From Sumerlaeia bacterium (GTDB lineage Bacteria > Sumerlaeota > Sumerlaeia > SLMS01 > JAHLLQ01), in contig JAVJSW010000068.1 of the NCBI GenBank assembly GCA_040219255.1, forward strand, positions 160,001-224,000: a stretch of 64,000 bases of DNA. The letters are read 5' to 3'. Below the pieces are notes generated by a model, which saw only the letters and a program-made list of their open reading frames with translations, did not search any database and had not been told where the DNA came from. Every line of letters begins with the position of its first letter. The stretch's first letter is position 1. Made by a program: the position numbers and the translations under genes. Shown one piece after another: positions 1 to 9,704 of the stretch.

Positions 1-158
1 ACCTGTGGGCACGGGTGATCGGCCCGAGGCTGATGGCGCCAAAGGCGAAGCGGGAAAGGGCTCCGGCTTCCTGAGGGCTGGAACTTCTTGCGCGATGGGC
101 CCAACCGCGTTTCCCTAACTCCAGTCTCGTAGAAAACGAAGCCGCTCTGGAGTTTCTC

Positions 159-2813
159 ATGTCGCGCACAAAGACATTCGTCGTCCTCGGATTGCTGTTG
201 TTGGTGAGCGCCGCCGCCTTGGTGGCCGTGGTGTTCTCGACGGGTGAAGCCCTCCTCACCGCCAATCCCGGAGCAGGCGACAACGCCGCCTCGGTCGGCA
301 CCACAGCCAGCGACACCAACGAGGAAGCGGCCCGGCGCGGCGCAGAGGCCCAGCGCGCGGAAGCCGAAGTCTATGACGCCGCCGCCGCGGCGGGCAACGT
401 AGCGGAGGCGGACAGAAACGGCATCTTTCCCGCCGGGGGCGAGCGCGGGCGGCTCGGCGATTTGGCGGGCGGCGCGGGCTCGGGCTCCGGCGGCGGGGCG
501 CTGGGGACGGATGGAACCTCAACCGATACAGTGACGCAGAAGGCCGAGCCCGTCGCCTTTGCCGGAGTCGTCATCACCGATACGGGCCGGCCGGTCGAGG
601 GCTCCCGCGTCACCCTTGCCGTGCCGCCTGGCGAGGCGGGGCTCGACCTGTCAGGCGTTTCGCCGTCGCTTGGTGAGGAAACCGGCTCCGATGGCTCGTT
701 CGCCTTTCGCGGGATTCGGGGCGCGGGGAGCCTGTCCGTCACCATCCAGCCCCCCGCCGATTGGTTCGTGTCCCAGGTGATGGCCATGTCGATGCAGATC
801 ACCCCCGGCCGCGACATCACCGGCGCAAAGTACGTCCTGGAGGACGGCGACCTGTTCGAAGGCGTTGTCTTGAACGAGGAGGACGTGGCGATTCAGGGCG
901 CGGCGCTCTCGACCACCCTCCGGGGCACGACGCCAGTGAAGACGGACAAGCAAGGCTATTTCGCCGTGCGGGTTCAGCGGGGTCAGACGCTGCCGGCGCT
1001 GACGGCGTCGCACCCGGATTACGAAGCCGAGGAGCGTCTGAACGTGGGCGCCTTCGATGGCTTTCAGACGTTCCGCCTGCGCCGCGACAGCGACGCCGAA
1101 CTGGTGGTGACTTGGGCGTACGATGGGTCGCCGGTGATGTTCTATTCGTACAAGCTTCTGCAGCTCGGACCGACGGGACGGTTTGTGCTGACGGACCGGC
1201 GGGAAACCGAAGTGGAAACCCGGGACGGCCGCACGGCGCTGCCCGATCTGCCGAGCGACGATTACCGCGCCGAGATCACCGTGATGAACCCGGAGGGCGG
1301 GGCTTCGGACATTCGCGGCATGGCGGAGTTCACCCTGGAAGCGGGCAAGAGCCTGGAAGTCCCGGTCTCGATCACGGTGGAGCGCGCTCTGACGGGCCGC
1401 GTGATCCAGGGCGAAGGCGGTCCGCCGGTGCCGGGGGTCGAGGTGGAGTTCCTGCCGCCGAGCGCGGGCTTCAACAACCGGCCCCAGCTCGACGCGGCCC
1501 TGATGATTCCGCCGGTGGTGACGGACGCCCAGGGCGCGTTCTCTGTCGATGGCGTGCCGCCGGGAACCTACGGCATCAAAGTCGAGGCCGACGGCTGGCG
1601 AACGGCCCAGGCTTTCGACATCACCATGCCCTATGAAGGCGAGCCCGAGCCGGTGGACATCGTGCTCTCGCCGCAAGGCGTGATCTTTGGCACCGTGACA
1701 CAGGCCGACGGCACGCCGGGGGCGGGATGGCGGGTCAATCTGGCGGTGCAGCGCCTGGATGCGGACGGCTGGACTTGGAGCGGCGCCGAGACGGATGAGA
1801 CGGGGGCCTACCGCATCGAGAACCTGCCCGCCGGAATGCACTGGCTCTATTTGAATCGCGGTGAAGGCAACGCGGTGGCGCAGAAGCGCTACGACCTGAC
1901 CCCCGGCGAAGAAGCGGAGCTGTCCTTCGATCTCGGCGAGGGCGTCACTGTCACGGGCCAGATCACCGTCGGTGGTCAAATACCCAATAATCCGAGCATC
2001 AACCTGTCGTTTGGCAGCGAAACCGTCCGCACGACGAAGCAGGCCCAGGTTGACCCGACGGGGGCCTACTCGGCGGTGCTGTCGCCCGGGCGTTGGGTTC
2101 CCGCCATCAACGTCCCCGGCGTGAACACAACGGGGACGCATCCGGCATTCGACATTCCCGAGGGCGTGACAGCCTTTCAGCAAGACTTCGACATCAGCAG
2201 CGCGTCGGCCGACGTCCTGCTGGTTTTCGCGGAGGGCGAAACCTTCGCCGCGGGCCAGGTGGCGATTTCCCCGCGCGACCGATTTCTGCGCCACAATTTC
2301 CTCCGCATCCGCGCCAACCAGGAAAACCGCCACGTCCCCGATATGGTGCCAGGAGAATACAAGGCGACCTTTACCTCCTTCGACAAGCAATGGACTGGCG
2401 AAACCGATTGGGTCACCATCGGCGAGGGCGAGGAGAACGTGTTCGTGATCGACGTGGAACGGCGCGCTGCGGGGGTTCTGGTAGGGGAATACGGGCCGGA
2501 CGATCTCTCGATGGCGGAATTCCGGCCGGTGCGCTTCGCCCTCGGCGAATTGCCCGCGGACGGTGCCACGGCGGAATTCCTCGTCACCTACATCAAAGGC
2601 CGGCACGCCATCGAAATCGGCGGCGCGCGGTTGTTGTCCGGCGGACAAGTCATCGCCCAGGACAACCACCCCGGATGGAGCGGCGCCGACCAGTGGAACA
2701 ACACCTACCGTCTGCCCCTCGGCAACGCCCGCGAGGGGCTTCAACTGGAGGTGGACCTGCGCAGCGACGGCGGCACGGATTCGCACGGGGCGGTTTATCT
2801 GACGGTGAGGTAG
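159..2813 (+). CDS. Membrane-anchored protein with carboxypeptidase-regulatory-like (CarboxypepD_reg/transthyretin-like) beta-sandwich repeats
   Basis: N-terminal hydrophobic segment; repeated GxV..G.PV.G..V.L...TD..G.F/Y...P.G.Y motifs; GGAG RBS before ATG 159. Confidence 0.75.
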   Translation: MSRTKTFVVLGLLLLVSAAALVAVVFSTGEALLTANPGAGDNAASVGTTASDTNEEAARRGAEAQRAEAEVYDAAAAAGNVAEADRNGIFPAGGERGRLGDLAGGAGSGSGGGALGTDGTSTDTVTQKAEPVAFAGVVITDTGRPVEGSRVTLAVPPGEAGLDLSGVSPSLGEETGSDGSFAFRGIRGAGSLSVTIQPPADWFVSQVMAMSMQITPGRDITGAKYVLEDGDLFEGVVLNEEDVAIQGAALSTTLRGTTPVKTDKQGYFAVRVQRGQTLPALTASHPDYEAEERLNVGAFDGFQTFRLRRDSDAELVVTWAYDGSPVMFYSYKLLQLGPTGRFVLTDRRETEVETRDGRTALPDLPSDDYRAEITVMNPEGGASDIRGMAEFTLEAGKSLEVPVSITVERALTGRVIQGEGGPPVPGVEVEFLPPSAGFNNRPQLDAALMIPPVVTDAQGAFSVDGVPPGTYGIKVEADGWRTAQAFDITMPYEGEPEPVDIVLSPQGVIFGTVTQADGTPGAGWRVNLAVQRLDADGWTWSGAETDETGAYRIENLPAGMHWLYLNRGEGNAVAQKRYDLTPGEEAELSFDLGEGVTVTGQITVGGQIPNNPSINLSFGSETVRTTKQAQVDPTGAYSAVLSPGRWVPAINVPGVNTTGTHPAFDIPEGVTAFQQDFDISSASADVLLVFAEGETFAAGQVAISPRDRFLRHNFLRIRANQENRHVPDMVPGEYKATFTSFDKQWTGETDWVTIGEGEENVFVIDVERRAAGVLVGEYGPDDLSMAEFRPVRFALGELPADGATAEFLVTYIKGRHAIEIGGARLLSGGQVIAQDNHPGWSGADQWNNTYRLPLGNAREGLQLEVDLRSDGGTDSHGAVYLTVR

Positions 2814-2867
2814 AGGGCGGAAACGGGTTGCCGGGAGGGAAGAACGTCGGGGTACGGCGGAGAGTCC

Positions 2868-3986
2868 CTACACCGCGAGGCCGCGCTTTTTCAATTCTCC
2901 GAAGGCCGCATCGACGGAGTCTTCGGCCTCCTGGGCGGCGAGCCATTCGGCCAGTTCTTCGATGCCGCGCTCCAGGGTCACTTGCGGCTCGAAGCCGAGG
3001 GTGGCGCGGGCTTTGGCGATGTCGGCGAAGCAGTGGCGGATGTCGCCGACGCGGTACTTGCCGGTGATCTCGGGCGAGAGGTCCTCGCGCCCGAGGACCC
3101 GGGCCAGGGTTTCTGCGATTTCCCGGATGGTGTAGGGCCGGCCCGAGCCGATGTTGAAGACTTCGCCGCCGACGCCGGGGCACTCGAGGGCGAGGCGGCA
3201 GGCGCGGGCGATGTCGTGGACCGAGACGAAATCCCGGCGCTGTTCGCCGTCCTCGAACACGAGCGGCGCCCGCCCGTTCAGGAGCCGCGACGCGAAGATC
3301 GCCAGCACACCGGTGTAGGGATTCGACAGGGCTTGGCGCGTGCCGAAGACGTTGAAGAACCGCAGCGCCACCGAGGGAATTCCATAGGCCCGGCCGGTCA
3401 TCAGGCACAGCCGCTCCTGATCGTATTTCGACAGGGCGTACACCGACGACAAATCCGGCTGCTTGGATTCGGGGGTGGGCAGGGGCTCGAGCGGCTGATT
3501 GTCCGGTCCGAGCGGCTCCCACTGACCCGCCTTGAGTTGGGCGGACGAACGGCCGGCGGCGTGGACCAATTGGCCGCCGTGCTCGCGGTAGAGGCCTTCG
3601 CCGTACACGCTCATGCTCGACGCCACGACGAGGCGCTCGACGGGGCGGTCGATGAGGGCTTCCAGCAGAACCGCCGTACCGATGTTGTTGACCGAGGTGT
3701 AGTGCTCGATTTCGTACATGCTTTGGCCGACGCCGACCGCCGCGGCGAGATGCACGACCGCGCTGATGCCGTCGAGGGCGCGGCGCACGGCATCCCGGTC
3801 GCGGACGTCGCCGTGAATGAATTCGACGTCTTTGGCGAGGTAGGCGGGCGGCTGGCCGCTGTCGCCGTGGACCTGGGGAATCAGGCAGTCCAGGACCCGA
3901 ACCCCGTAACCGGATTCCAGCAATTGGTCGGCGAGGTGCGAACCGATGAAGCCCGCTCCTCCGGTAATCAGTACTCTTTGTTTCAT
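2868..3986 (-). CDS. NAD-dependent epimerase/dehydratase (extended SDR)
   Basis: MKQRVLITGGAGFIGSH, YxxxK (YALSK), RDFVSVHD, GDIRHCFAD; start refined to ATG 3986. Confidence 0.9.
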   Translation of the reverse strand: MKQRVLITGGAGFIGSHLADQLLESGYGVRVLDCLIPQVHGDSGQPPAYLAKDVEFIHGDVRDRDAVRRALDGISAVVHLAAAVGVGQSMYEIEHYTSVNNIGTAVLLEALIDRPVERLVVASSMSVYGEGLYREHGGQLVHAAGRSSAQLKAGQWEPLGPDNQPLEPLPTPESKQPDLSSVYALSKYDQERLCLMTGRAYGIPSVALRFFNVFGTRQALSNPYTGVLAIFASRLLNGRAPLVFEDGEQRRDFVSVHDIARACRLALECPGVGGEVFNIGSGRPYTIREIAETLARVLGREDLSPEITGKYRVGDIRHCFADIAKARATLGFEPQVTLERGIEELAEWLAAQEAEDSVDAAFGELKKRGLAV

Positions 3987-4416
3987 AACGATATTCTGAG
4001 AGTCCTTTGAATCGGGAAGACGAGCAGAGTCTGGCAAAATTCTCGGCACCGCGAACGATACGCGAGGATAATGCCGAAGGCGGCTTCGGCAACTGCCGAC
4101 ACTTCTTCGGCAGCAGGATGAACCGCTCAGCCGAACGGGAATGATGCTGCCTCGCAAATCATTGTACAGACTAGGTTTGTTGAGCCTGTAGGGCCGACCG
4201 GCGAGGTGGCGCGGAACCTGTTACTCATCTCCGGAGCCGCCCGCGCCGGAAGAGCCCGCGTGTCGACAGGCGATTGTTTTTCCAAATTGCACGCACAGCG
4301 TGAACAGCGCCGTGCTTATCTTCTCTCTATGTAGAAGTGCCGCGAATATCCATACATCATGGAGATGGCCGGGATCGAACCCGAGCCTCGGATAACGATC
4401 AGTGAAAGTGACGCCT

Positions 4417-6537
4417 ATGAACGACAAACGTCTTCGCCCCCGCAAAGTCCGACGCTCACCCACGCTGGGCGTCTTGGAGTGGTTCCGGCTGGGCGAGAAG
4501 GACCGCGTCGAACGCGTCCTCGCCGACCTGAAGGAATTGGGCATCGGGCACCTTCGCACGGGGATTTCCTGGGCCGATTATCTGACGCCCGAGGGCCAGG
4601 ACTGGTACGACTGGTTGCTGCCGCGCATCGCGCCCCGGTTCGAACTCCTGCCCTGCTTTCTCTATACGCCGCCGTCGCTGGGGCTGGCGCCGCGGACTTC
4701 GGCGCCCCCGGCCAACCCCAAGGACTTCGCCGACTTCCTGGATGTCTTCGTCGGCCGCTATGGCGAGCACTTCGACACCGTCGAGCTTTGGAACGAACCG
4801 AACAATCTGGTGGAGTACGATTGGCAACTCGACCCCGGATGGGAGCGCTTCTGCCAGATGGTCGGCATGGCGGCGCACTGGGCGCACCGCCTGGGCAAGC
4901 GCACGGTGCTCGGCGGCATGGCGCCGGTCGATTGCAACTGGCTCAACATTCTCGGCCAGCGCGGCGTCCTCAGCCACATCGACGTCGTGGGCATCCACGG
5001 TTTTCCCCGCACCTGGGATTCGCACTGGGAGGGCTGGGAATCGCTGATCCATCGCGTGACGGACACGCTGACGCCCTATATCCCGAAGGCCAAAATCTGG
5101 ATCACGGAGGCCGGCTATTCGACCTGGCGCAAGGACGAATTCCAGCAGGTCGAGTCCTTCCTCGCGGCCCTCGACGCGCCCGTCGAGCGCCTCTACTGGT
5201 ACGCCGCCCAAGATCTCCATCACGAGGAAAACCACGTCGGCGGCGATTCGCTGCGCGATGAGCGCCACTACCACCTGGGGCTCAAGACGGAGAACGGCGA
5301 GCCGAAGCTGCTGTACCGCCTCCTGGCCGAGGGAGGCCCCGGGCACGTGCGCGACGTGGCTCGTCTGGCGGGCGAGTCGGGATTCGACTGGTCCGGATCG
5401 CCCGCCGCCATGGCCATGAAGGACCGGCTGAGCAAGAAGCCGATCCGCGTCGTGCCGGCCCGGCCCAAACGCAAACCCGTCCTGATTACCGGCGGTGCCG
5501 GGTTCATCGGCACCAACGTGGCCGCCCGGTTGCTGGAGGAAGGCGAGGAGGTGCTCATCTATGACGGTCTGTGCCGCCCCGGCGTGGAGGGCAACCTAGC
5601 CTGGTTGAAAAGGCGCTATGGCGACCGCGTCCGGACGCGCCTGTCCGACGTGCGCGACGCCGCCAGCCTGAAGGAGGCGGTGCGCTCCGCCAGCGCCATC
5701 TATCACTTCGCCGCCCAGGTCGCCGTTACCACCAGTCTCGAGCGCCCCTGGGACGATTTCGAGGTCAACACCAGGGGAACCCTCCTGATCCTGGAGACGT
5801 TGCGTGGCCTGAAGGACCCGCCGCCGCTGCTGCTGACATCGACCAACAAGGTCTATGGCTGCCTGGAGGACGTGCGGCTGCGGCGCGAAGAGTCGCGCTA
5901 CGTTCCTGTGGACCCGGCCGTGCGGGATCGAGGCGTCGGCGAAAATCACCCCCTCGATTTCCGCAGCCCCTACGGGTGCTCCAAGGGCGCCGCCGATCAG
6001 TACGTCCGCGACTACGCCCGGTGTTTCGACCTGCCAACCGTCGTTTTCCGCATGAGCTGCATCTACGGCCCCCACCAGTACGGCACCGAGGATCAGGGCT
6101 GGGTCGCGCACTTTCTGCTGAAGGCCCTGCGTGGCGAGTCGATCACCTTCTACGGCGACGGCCGCCAGGTGCGCGACATCCTGTTCGTGGACGACCTGGT
6201 GGACGCCATGCGCCTGGCGCTGCGGCGCATCGACGAGACGCGCGGAGAAGCTTTCAACATCGGCGGCGGGCCGGAAAACACCGTGTCTCTCGTGGAGTTG
6301 GCCCAGATGATCGCCGAAGTCGGCAGCGCCCCAGTCCCCGTCGAATTCGCGGATTGGCGCCCCGGCGATCAACGCTACTACGTCTCCGACACGCGCCGAT
6401 TCCAGAAGGCCACCGGCTGGCGCCCCCGCGTCAAAACCGCCGAGGGAGTCGAGCGCCTGTACCACTGGCTGGCGGAGCACCGCTGTCAACCCGCCCACGC
6501 GAAATCCATTATTCCTATCGAGGAGGCCGCCTCATGA
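4417..6537 (+). CDS. Fusion of clan GH-A glycoside hydrolase (GH5/GH39-like) and CDP-paratose/tyvelose 2-epimerase-like SDR
   Basis: N-half WNEPNN and WITEAGY catalytic Glu motifs; C-half ITGGAGFIG, AAQVAVTTSL, TSTNKVYG, SPYGCSKGAADQY, EDQGWVAHF. Confidence 0.85.
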   Translation: MNDKRLRPRKVRRSPTLGVLEWFRLGEKDRVERVLADLKELGIGHLRTGISWADYLTPEGQDWYDWLLPRIAPRFELLPCFLYTPPSLGLAPRTSAPPANPKDFADFLDVFVGRYGEHFDTVELWNEPNNLVEYDWQLDPGWERFCQMVGMAAHWAHRLGKRTVLGGMAPVDCNWLNILGQRGVLSHIDVVGIHGFPRTWDSHWEGWESLIHRVTDTLTPYIPKAKIWITEAGYSTWRKDEFQQVESFLAALDAPVERLYWYAAQDLHHEENHVGGDSLRDERHYHLGLKTENGEPKLLYRLLAEGGPGHVRDVARLAGESGFDWSGSPAAMAMKDRLSKKPIRVVPARPKRKPVLITGGAGFIGTNVAARLLEEGEEVLIYDGLCRPGVEGNLAWLKRRYGDRVRTRLSDVRDAASLKEAVRSASAIYHFAAQVAVTTSLERPWDDFEVNTRGTLLILETLRGLKDPPPLLLTSTNKVYGCLEDVRLRREESRYVPVDPAVRDRGVGENHPLDFRSPYGCSKGAADQYVRDYARCFDLPTVVFRMSCIYGPHQYGTEDQGWVAHFLLKALRGESITFYGDGRQVRDILFVDDLVDAMRLALRRIDETRGEAFNIGGGPENTVSLVELAQMIAEVGSAPVPVEFADWRPGDQRYYVSDTRRFQKATGWRPRVKTAEGVERLYHWLAEHRCQPAHAKSIIPIEEAAS

Positions 6538-7538
6538 GCGAGCAAGGCCAATCCACAGCCGTGGCCGTGCCGCCGCGAACGATGCGGACCGCTGTTTTGG
6601 AAGCCCCACGGCGCGTGCGGACAGAGCAAGTGGCCGTTCCCGAGCCGGGCCCCGGCGAAGTGCTGGTGCGGCTGGAAGGCTGCGGTATCTGCGGGTCGAA
6701 CCGCGAACCCTGGGAAGGGCGTGACTGGTTCGATTATCCCTTCGAGCCCGGCGCCCCGGGTCACGAAGGCTGGGGCCGGGTGGCCGCCGTGGGCGAAGGC
6801 GTGACCTCCATCTCGCCCGGCGAGCGCGTCGCCCTCATGTCCTCCCATGCCTTCTCGGAGTACGACGTGGCGCCGGTGGATCAGGTGGTCGCTCTGCCGC
6901 ACGAGCTGGACGATCAGCCCTTTCCCGGCGAACCGCTCGCCTGCGCCTACAACATCTTCGAAGCTGCCGCCATCCGGCCCGGCGAAACGGTCGCCATCAT
7001 CGGCATCGGTTTCCAGGGCGCGGTGCTGACGGCCTTGGCGGCGCGCCGCGGCGCGCGAGTCCTCGCCCTGTCGCGCCGGCCCTTCGCGCTGGAAATGGCC
7101 CGCCATTACGGCGCGGACGAAACCCTGCAAATGGACGACCACTGGCGCCTCCTCGATGCAGTCAAGGACCTGACCGGCGGCGCGAACTGCGACTGCGTGA
7201 TCGAGGCCACGGGCGTGCAATGGCCGCTGGATCTGGCGGCGCAGATCTGCCGGGTCGAAGGCCGCCTCGTCATCGCCGGTTACCACCAGGACGGCGCGCG
7301 CCAGGTCAATATGCAGCTCTGGAACTGGCATGCGCTGCGGATCGTCAACGCCCACTTCCGCGACCCTAAGCGCGTCATCGAAGGCATGAAACAAGCCGCC
7401 GGAGCCGTCGCGTCCGGCGCCTTCGATCCCGCTCCGCTCTACACCCACCGCGTCTCCCTGGACGACCTCGGGCGGGGCCTCGCGCTCCTCGAGGAGCGCC
7501 CCGAGGGCTTCCTGAAAGGACTTCTCATCCATGACTGA
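6534..7538 (+). CDS. Zinc-binding (MDR) dehydrogenase
   Basis: CGICGS, GHEGWG, IIGIGFQG; ATGA overlap with upstream gene and AGGAGG RBS; lacks the structural-Zn lobe. Confidence 0.85.
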   Translation: MSEQGQSTAVAVPPRTMRTAVLEAPRRVRTEQVAVPEPGPGEVLVRLEGCGICGSNREPWEGRDWFDYPFEPGAPGHEGWGRVAAVGEGVTSISPGERVALMSSHAFSEYDVAPVDQVVALPHELDDQPFPGEPLACAYNIFEAAAIRPGETVAIIGIGFQGAVLTALAARRGARVLALSRRPFALEMARHYGADETLQMDDHWRLLDAVKDLTGGANCDCVIEATGVQWPLDLAAQICRVEGRLVIAGYHQDGARQVNMQLWNWHALRIVNAHFRDPKRVIEGMKQAAGAVASGAFDPAPLYTHRVSLDDLGRGLALLEERPEGFLKGLLIHD

Positions 7539-8583
7539 ACTCGCATTCGCAACGCAGGCGGGCACAAAGCGGCCGACGGGCGCCAAGCCCCGCCTGGGCT
7601 TCCTGGGCGTGGGCTGGATCGGCCGGCACCGGATGGAGTGCCTGATGGAAAGCGGAGCCGTGGAGGGCGCCGCCGTCTCGGACCTGAGCGTGGAAACGGC
7701 CAGCCAGGCCCTCGATCTCGCGCCCGGGGCGAAGGTCGTCGAGTCCCTGGATGACATGCTGGCGCTGGGCCTCGACGGCATCGTGATCGCGACGCCGAAT
7801 TACCTCCACGCCGAGCAGGCCACCCGCGCTCTGGAAAGCGGCTGCGCGGTCTTTTGCCAAAAGCCGCTGGCCCGCACCGCCAGCGAGACCGAGGCGATTA
7901 TCGCCGCCGCCCGCCGCGCCAACCGTCTCCTCGGAGTGGACCTCTCCTATCGACACGTCGAGTCTATCCGGCGCATCCGCGACTTGGCCGAGGCGGGAAG
8001 GTTGGGCAAGATTTTCGCCGTCGATCTGGTTTTCCACAACGCCTACGGACCCGACAAAGATTGGTTCTACGATCCAGAAAAAGCGGGCGGCGGCTGCGCG
8101 TTGGACCTCGGGATCCACTTGGTCGATTTGGCGCTGTGGATGCTCGGCTCGCCGGGCGTGCGCGATTGCTCCAGCAGGCTTTATGCTGGAGGGGAACTCC
8201 TCCGCGAAGCGGAGCGGGTGGAGGATTACTGCGAAGCCCAATTGCTGCTCGACGGCGGCGAGACGGTGCGCCTCGCCACCTCCTGGAACCTGAGCGCCGG
8301 GCGTGACGCCGTGATCGAAATCCGCTTCCACGGCACGGAGGGCGGCGCCGCCATGACCAACGTCGATGGCTCGTTCTTCGACTTCCGCGCCGAAGCCTAT
8401 CGAGGCCGAAACGTCGAGGTCCTGGCGGAGCCGCCGGACGCCTGGGGCGGGCGGGCCGCCGTGGCCTGGGCCGAGCGCCTGGCGCGCGACGCCTGCTACG
8501 ACCCGGAAATCGAGCGCATGCTGCCCGTGATGCAGGCCCTCGACGCCATCTATGGCCGCGCGCTAGGAGGCGCCCACCAATGA
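7531..8583 (+). CDS. Gfo/Idh/MocA family oxidoreductase
   Basis: GFLGVGWIG, IATPNYLH, FCQKPL, GGGCALDLGIHLVD. Confidence 0.9.
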   Translation: MTELAFATQAGTKRPTGAKPRLGFLGVGWIGRHRMECLMESGAVEGAAVSDLSVETASQALDLAPGAKVVESLDDMLALGLDGIVIATPNYLHAEQATRALESGCAVFCQKPLARTASETEAIIAAARRANRLLGVDLSYRHVESIRRIRDLAEAGRLGKIFAVDLVFHNAYGPDKDWFYDPEKAGGGCALDLGIHLVDLALWMLGSPGVRDCSSRLYAGGELLREAERVEDYCEAQLLLDGGETVRLATSWNLSAGRDAVIEIRFHGTEGGAAMTNVDGSFFDFRAEAYRGRNVEVLAEPPDAWGGRAAVAWAERLARDACYDPEIERMLPVMQALDAIYGRALGGAHQ

Positions 8584-9704
8584 GCTTTCGCGTTCTCATG
8601 ACCTCGGACGCCGTCGGCGGCGTCTGGAATTACAGCGTCTCGCTGGCCGAGGCTCTCGCGCCACATGGCATCGAGATCCACCTCGCGACGATGGGTCCGG
8701 CGCCCTCGCCCGAGCAGCGCCAGGCCGCCGAGCGCCTTTCCAACCTGACGCTCCATGTCAGCACCTACCGCCTCGAATGGATGGATCAGCCGTGGAAGGA
8801 CCTGGAATGGTCGGGCGAGTGGCTGATGCAGTTGGAAGAGCAGCTCAAGCCCGATCTGATCCACCTGAACACCTACGCCCACGGAACGCTGCCTTGGCGC
8901 GCGCCGGTGATGGCGGTGGGACACTCGTGCGTTTATTCCTGGTGGCGGCACGTGAAGGGAACGGAGCCGCCGCGGTTCTGGAACCGTTACCGGGAAGCGG
9001 TCGCGGCGGGGCTGGCGGGGGCGGACCTGATCGCGGCGCCGACGCGCGCGATGCTCGACGAGTTGGCCTGCACCTACGGCCCCTTCGCGGCCCCCACCCG
9101 CGTCATCCCCAACGGCGTCGATGGCGCCCGGTTCGCCCCGGCGGAAGGTAAGCAGGACCTGATCTTCGCCGCGGGGCGCGTGTGGGATGAAGGCAAGAAC
9201 GTCCAGTCGATCTGCATGGCGGCGCCGGGGCTTTCCTGGCCCGTGCGGGTGGCGGGGGAAGCCACCAGCCCGGACGGCCGGGCCATCGACTGCCCGGATG
9301 TCGAATTGCTGGGGAAAGTCCCCGCCGACGAGATGCCTTCCCACTATGCGCAAGCCGCCATCTTCGCCCATCCGGCGCGCTACGAGCCTTTCGGCCTCGC
9401 GCCCGTGGAAGCGGCTCTGAGCGGGTGCGCCCTCGTCCTGGGCGATATCGACACCCTGCGCGAGATCTGGCGCGGCGCCGCCCTCTTTGTCCCGCCGGAC
9501 GACGTGGCGGAGTTGCGCCGCACCCTGCAAGACCTGAGCGCCAACGAGCCCCTGCGCCTTCGCCTCGCGGAAACCGCCCGCGCCCGCGCCCTGGAACTGA
9601 CCCCCGAGGCCATGGCCCGCGGCGTTCTGGAAGCCTACGCCAGCCTGACCGAGCACCGCGCCGCAGAGATTCCCGCCCCGGCCGGGGAACGGATCGCTTC
9701 GTGA
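8580..9704 (+). CDS. Glycosyltransferase family 4
   Basis: DAVGGVWNY N-terminus; YEPFGLAPVEAA (E-x7-E); ATGA overlap. Confidence 0.9.
   Translation: MSFRVLMTSDAVGGVWNYSVSLAEALAPHGIEIHLATMGPAPSPEQRQAAERLSNLTLHVSTYRLEWMDQPWKDLEWSGEWLMQLEEQLKPDLIHLNTYAHGTLPWRAPVMAVGHSCVYSWWRHVKGTEPPRFWNRYREAVAAGLAGADLIAAPTRAMLDELACTYGPFAAPTRVIPNGVDGARFAPAEGKQDLIFAAGRVWDEGKNVQSICMAAPGLSWPVRVAGEATSPDGRAIDCPDVELLGKVPADEMPSHYAQAAIFAHPARYEPFGLAPVEAALSGCALVLGDIDTLREIWRGAALFVPPDDVAELRRTLQDLSANEPLRLRLAETARARALELTPEAMARGVLEAYASLTEHRAAEIPAPAGERIAS

Noticed and set aside
651-2786. Long antisense ORFs (711 aa here; also 13884..16271, 21409..23781, 23744..26626, 37222..40476, 45008..48298, 48441..50453)
   Set aside because: Shadow ORFs of high-GC genes; they lie opposite motif-bearing genes and show no recognisable domains.
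5571-6533. Apparent long N-terminal extensions of ORFs (5571, 9425, 12320, 31948, 37885, 43309)
   Set aside because: Arg/Pro-rich off-frame sequence; true starts are marked by ATGA/GTGA overlaps or RBS sites.
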